From NCBI GenBank assembly GCA_051942245.1, contig JAVECL010000013.1, positions 62,001-113,879 of the forward strand: a stretch of 51,879 nucleotides of DNA, given 5' to 3'. Shown piece by piece: positions 47,826 through 51,879 of this stretch (its first letter is position 1; each line of letters begins with the position of its first letter). The stretch is from Trypethelium eluteriae (Eukaryota). A model generated the notes under the pieces. That model made no database searches, had not been told where the DNA came from, and was given only the letters and a program-made list of their open reading frames with translations. The position numbers were made by a program, and so were the translations under genes.

Positions 47826-49893
47826 ATGAAGGTCACCGGAGGTTGGCTCAACTGCACCTTGTTCCAGCTCTGCTGTTTGTCCGTCGGTATCTCAGCATGG
47901 CCTGACTTTGGACTTGGGGGATTGGCAAGAAAGGCCCTCGAGCGGCGCGCGACGAATTCGACACAACCTGCGCCTATCGTGGCCGGTGCCTCGCAGTTCT
48001 GGGATGGGAACGACGGTCCATGGTAAGACTCAAGTATACCTGCAAATCATTCGGCTTGGGCTAAGTTAATCACAATCAGGTCTTCGTTCCAATTACAAGT
48101 AGGAACACATGCACAGAATATCCGCGTCTTCCCTGCAACATCACTCCCATATGTTGATGTCGTTCCTACCGCTGGATGTGTTACTGGCGGGCCAAGCGAT
48201 TGCGCCGATTTTCGAGGGAACCTTTTTGATTCAAACCAGTCATTAACATGGGTTCCAAATTCGGTCTACAATCTTGGGATTGAAGATAACCTTGGCCTGG
48301 ACTCAAATGCCAACTTTGGGTTCGACACTGTCACCTTGGGATGGCAGGGAAGCGGAGGGCCGACAATTCAACATGCCATTGTTACCGAGAGCGCTGCATA
48401 CATCTATATGCTCGGTTTACTTGGCCTGAATCCACAGCCGACTAATTTCACGACCTTCAACGATCCACAACCTTCATTTCTACAACAGCTGAACGACTCC
48501 AACCAGATTCCAACCATGGGTTACGGTTATACAGCTGGAGCGCAGTACCGTAAGTCGTCGACTGTTTCCAGCATAAACCAGCTTTTCTGACAGAGATCAC
48601 ATTGTAGGCAATAACCATGCTGTGTTCGGTAGCTTGGTTTTTGGTGGCTATGATGCCTCCCGGTTCAATACATCTTCGGAACTTACCTTCCCAATGTCTG
48701 AAGATGTCCAGCGGGATCTCGTAGTCGCCATCCAAAGCATATCGAGTGGCAATACCGAACTACTGTCACAAGGGCAAGGGATATACGCCTTCATCGATAG
48801 CTCGGTCTCTCAATTATATCTACCGATAAGCGTTTGTCAGCAATTCGAGCAAGTTTATGGCATTCAGTGGAATTCTTCTCTCCAGGCCTACACTATCAAC
48901 TCAACGCAGCATCAATCCAACATTCAAAAGAATCCCACCGTCAGCTTTACAATAGGATCGACGACTACGAGCAACGATTCCATATCCATTTCCTTTCCGT
49001 ACGCGGCTTTTGACAAGAACTTAAGCTACCCCTTTGTACCAAGTGGTGGAATCTCATATTTTCCTCTCAACCGCTCCCTCGCAGATGGCGACATCACCCT
49101 CGGTCGGGCATTCCTCCAAGAGTCCTACCTCATCGCCGACTACGACAACAACACGCTCACCGTCGCCCCCTGCATCTGGCCCAACAGCTTCCAACAAGAC
49201 ATCAAAGTCATCGGCGCAGGCAGCACTCCGGCCTCCTCTTCCTCATCCAAGCTCTCCGTCGGCGCCATCGTCGGCATCGCCATCGGCGCCGTCGCCCTCA
49301 TCGCCGGCCTCCTCCTCGCCCTCTTCCTCCTCCGCCGCCGCCGCCGCTCGACGCACAAAGCGCAAGAGCTCGACGGCAAAGACACAGCGCGCCTGCCTTC
49401 CGACGCCGCAGGCCACGAATACAAAGGGCTGCCCTCGAGCCCGGCCGGGGCGCCCACCGCCCTCCGCGGCATCCCGCCACCAAATGGCCCGCACGAGCTC
49501 CTTGACTCCGGCGAGCTCCACGAGATGGCGGCGCCCCACAAGGTCGACTACAGCGAGCTGAGCGCTATGAACGAGCACCATCCCGCGATGTGGAAGCCGC
49601 CGCTGTACCCGGATCACTCGGCTAGCGAGGTCGAAGGCTCGCCTGCGCCGGTCTACGAGATGCCGGGTAGCGAGGCGTACAGTGAGTTGGAGACGCCGAC
49701 GGGGACGGGTACGTGGAATACGTCGACGATGGGAGGTGCGGGAGGGGGTGCGAGTCGGGGGAGGCCGAGTCCGGCGCAGAGCCCGAACAGTCCGAACGTG
49801 AGTTCGGAGAGGACGCAGACGAGGAGCCGGTTTTCGTGGCAGAAAGGTGGGAGTGGGAGGGTGGGGTCGAGTACGAGCGGGAGTAATAGATGA
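47826..49893 (+). CDS. Type I membrane pepsin-fold (A1) protein lacking the first catalytic Asp; exons 47826-48022, 48080-48549, 48608-49893
   Basis: Signal-like N-terminus, WDGNDGPW|SSF..QVGT..Q..RVFPAT, LGLLGL, YTAGAQY, GSLVFGGYDASRF, AFIDSS, LGRAFLQESYLIADYD, then a TM helix followed by RRRRR. Confidence 0.88.
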
Positions 49894-50139
49894 GGTTTTG
49901 AGGGGCTTGGAATGATTGGGTGGCATTGTGAGGAGCACGGGTAGGAGTTTTGGTACGGGATGGACTTTTGGCATTCAAGCGATTCCTGTCTATACGCACT
50001 TTCCTTTGCGGAAAATCTGGTCACATATTTCTTGTTTGATATCTGAAGAGCTATGGACAAAAGAGTCGGATTTGCTGGCATTGCTGGACCAATATGTATA
50101 GCTCTTCATTTCGGTACGCTTGATGCAGTCACGAAATGT

Positions 50140-50785
50140 CTAATCCTCTTCCTCATCGGCATCATCATTGACCACATTGAAGAACTTGAGTTCATACACA
50201 CCCTGTGAGGTAGACACAACTCGGAGCCAGTCTCGTAGCTGTTGCTTCTTGAGGTACTTCTTTGTTCTAAAAGAGTTTCAGTGGTGTCAGCTGAGTTCTT
50301 GAGTCTGGAAGTTTAGAGCCGGCGCTTGAATGCTCCAGTGCCCAACACTATCAAGGAGGTCAACTTACAAGTATTTCAAGTAGCGACCAGAGAACTCTTC
50401 GTGGGATACAACCTCAATCTTGCCATCACCCTGCTGAGAGATGGTGATGACATCTCCAAGGTTACCAGTACGGCCTTCTCTTTTGATGCGATCGTGCAGG
50501 AACTTCTCGAAGTTTGAGACGTCAAAGATCTTATCGTTGGCTGGTTGAGAAGCGTTGATTATGTACTGGCAACACAGTCAGCTGTCATTCTGTGGCTTGC
50601 TTGACGTGGACCAAATCTACCTTTTTTGTAATCTTTTGGCCTTTCTTTGGTCCGCTCTTTACATGAGGGGCGCCGTGGCCACCTGGGCGTTTCTATGCGA
50701 ATACTTAGCCTGCTGCTCTAGAGGACGACTGTAGACTACAGTCCCATGGACAGCAAAGCGAGAAACATACTGGTCCTTGAGGCAT
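50140..50785 (-). CDS. RPL22: 60S ribosomal protein eL22; exons 50785-50771, 50692-50621, 50565-50369, 50266-50140
   Basis: [43 protein letters not shown]...[40 protein letters not shown]. Confidence 0.95.
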
Positions 50786-50998
50786 GATGATTGAAGAATT
50801 GCGGATCGCAAAGAGGTGAATATCCTGCGCCGACGATGGGATGGACTGGCGTAATTCCAAGTGAGGCTCTGGAAGGATGAGAAAGAATCGGCCTTGTGCG
50901 CTCGGCTGCCTCCGAGCGAGCTATCCTTATCGATAAAGCATCTTTCAAGTTAACGAGAAGCGGACATGGCCCCAACATAGCTCATACAATTCGCGATC

Positions 50999-51879
50999 AT
51001 GCCATCAGCTACGTCCGATATACTCGAGCGACCTCCAGACCTCTCGAACACTTTACCAAAACTTGTACCTCGGAAAAGGCCACAGCCAAAATCAAGAGAT
51101 TCAAACCCTACTCCCAGCACGCCGTCACTATCACCACCACCTCCTCTAGACTCTATTGACTTTGTCGAACCTTCACGCCGCATTCTTTCTCCTCGAGACC
51201 ATGAGCTATTTCTCAAGTCGCCAACATATACTCTCGTGACATCATTCATATTTACACTATCGGATTCCGTCCGCGACAAACCCATCTCAAGCATCGACAC
51301 CTCCACCCTCGACCCTACCGTCACCGGCATTCTCTCAATCCTCGACTCCGCGCAAGACCTGCTCCAGCAGCATCCCCCCGAAGATAACGGGGGCTCACGC
51401 TTCGGCAACCCGGCCTTCCGCTCCTACATTGAAGCCTTCACCTCCCTCCTCCCAACCTGGCACACGCGTCTCGCGCTCCCTGCCTCCCTCCCGCCAACGG
51501 GCCTCACCGAACTAACAAGCTACCTCTCGCACTCGCTGGGCAGCGCGTCCCGCATCGACTACGGCTCCGGGCACGAGCTGAACTTCCTCCTCTGGCTGCT
51601 GTGCCTCAACCGTCTCTCGCTCCTGGCTCCCCCCGCCTTCCCCTCGCTCGTCCTCGTCGTCTTCCCACGGTACTTACAGCTCGTGCGCCAGCTACAGACG
51701 ACCTACTATCTCGAGCCGGCGGGGTCGCATGGCGTGTGGGGGCTCGACGACTACCAGTTCCTGCCGTTCCTGTTCGGCGCGTCGCAGCTTGTGGGGCATC
51801 CGTATCTGCGGCCGGGGAGTATCCACAGCGCGCTGGTGCTGGAGGAGGAGGGGGCCGAGTATCTGTATCTGGGGCAGGT
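50999..51879 (+). CDS. RRD2: PP2A phosphatase activator PTPA (Rrd2/Ypa2 type), truncated by the window end
   Basis: P-RRILS, SRFGNPAFR, RIDYGSGHELNF and YYLEPAGSHGVWGLDDYQFLPFLFGASQL; the frame is open to the window edge, so it is missing from the ORF track. Confidence 0.92.
   Translation, partial: MPSATSDILERPPDLSNTLPKLVPRKRPQPKSRDSNPTPSTPSLSPPPPLDSIDFVEPSRRILSPRDHELFLKSPTYTLVTSFIFTLSDSVRDKPISSIDTSTLDPTVTGILSILDSAQDLLQQHPPEDNGGSRFGNPAFRSYIEAFTSLLPTWHTRLALPASLPPTGLTELTSYLSHSLGSASRIDYGSGHELNFLLWLLCLNRLSLLAPPAFPSLVLVVFPRYLQLVRQLQTTYYLEPAGSHGVWGLDDYQFLPFLFGASQLVGHPYLRPGSIHSALVLEEEGAEYLYLGQ

Noticed and set aside
1..51879. tRNA, 5S rRNA, snoRNA or TPP riboswitch genes
   Set aside because: No convincing consensus was seen by eye; an Infernal/tRNAscan run is needed to exclude them formally.

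Overview
Intron-containing, gene-dense eukaryotic DNA from a filamentous ascomycete (Pezizomycotina; Dothideomycete-like, inferred from gene style). About 22 protein-coding loci were reconstructed by hand from splice signals and family motifs. Most are housekeeping: TKL1, BMT6, SIN Cdc14, GGPP synthase, NHP2-like, GPI11, HCS1/IGHMBP2, glutathione peroxidase, NTH1, FAM32A, RPL22 and RRD2 (partial). The rest are a SAM methyltransferase, a DSBA-like thioredoxin, a CFEM membrane protein, a GH43, an SDR, Zn2Cys6 and C2H2 transcription factors, a membrane-anchored pseudo-aspartic protease and a hypothetical protein. No tRNA, rRNA, CRISPR array or intact transposase was seen, and there is no convincing secondary-metabolite cluster. 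The most notable observations are: (1) a compact CNOT11 homolog, a CCR4-NOT subunit absent from budding yeast; (2) an inverted pair of short TA-flanked TIR elements (MITE-like) differing mostly by transitions; (3) a ~1.27-kb UGGA-enriched first intron with nested splice signals in the C2H2 factor gene; (4) a strongly diverged, repeat-expanded NHP2; (5) an SDR broken by one extra base; (6) recurrent C-rich to G-rich synonymous-codon switches inside genes; and (7) several candidate dual-start isoforms. All family calls come from motif recognition, not database searches.
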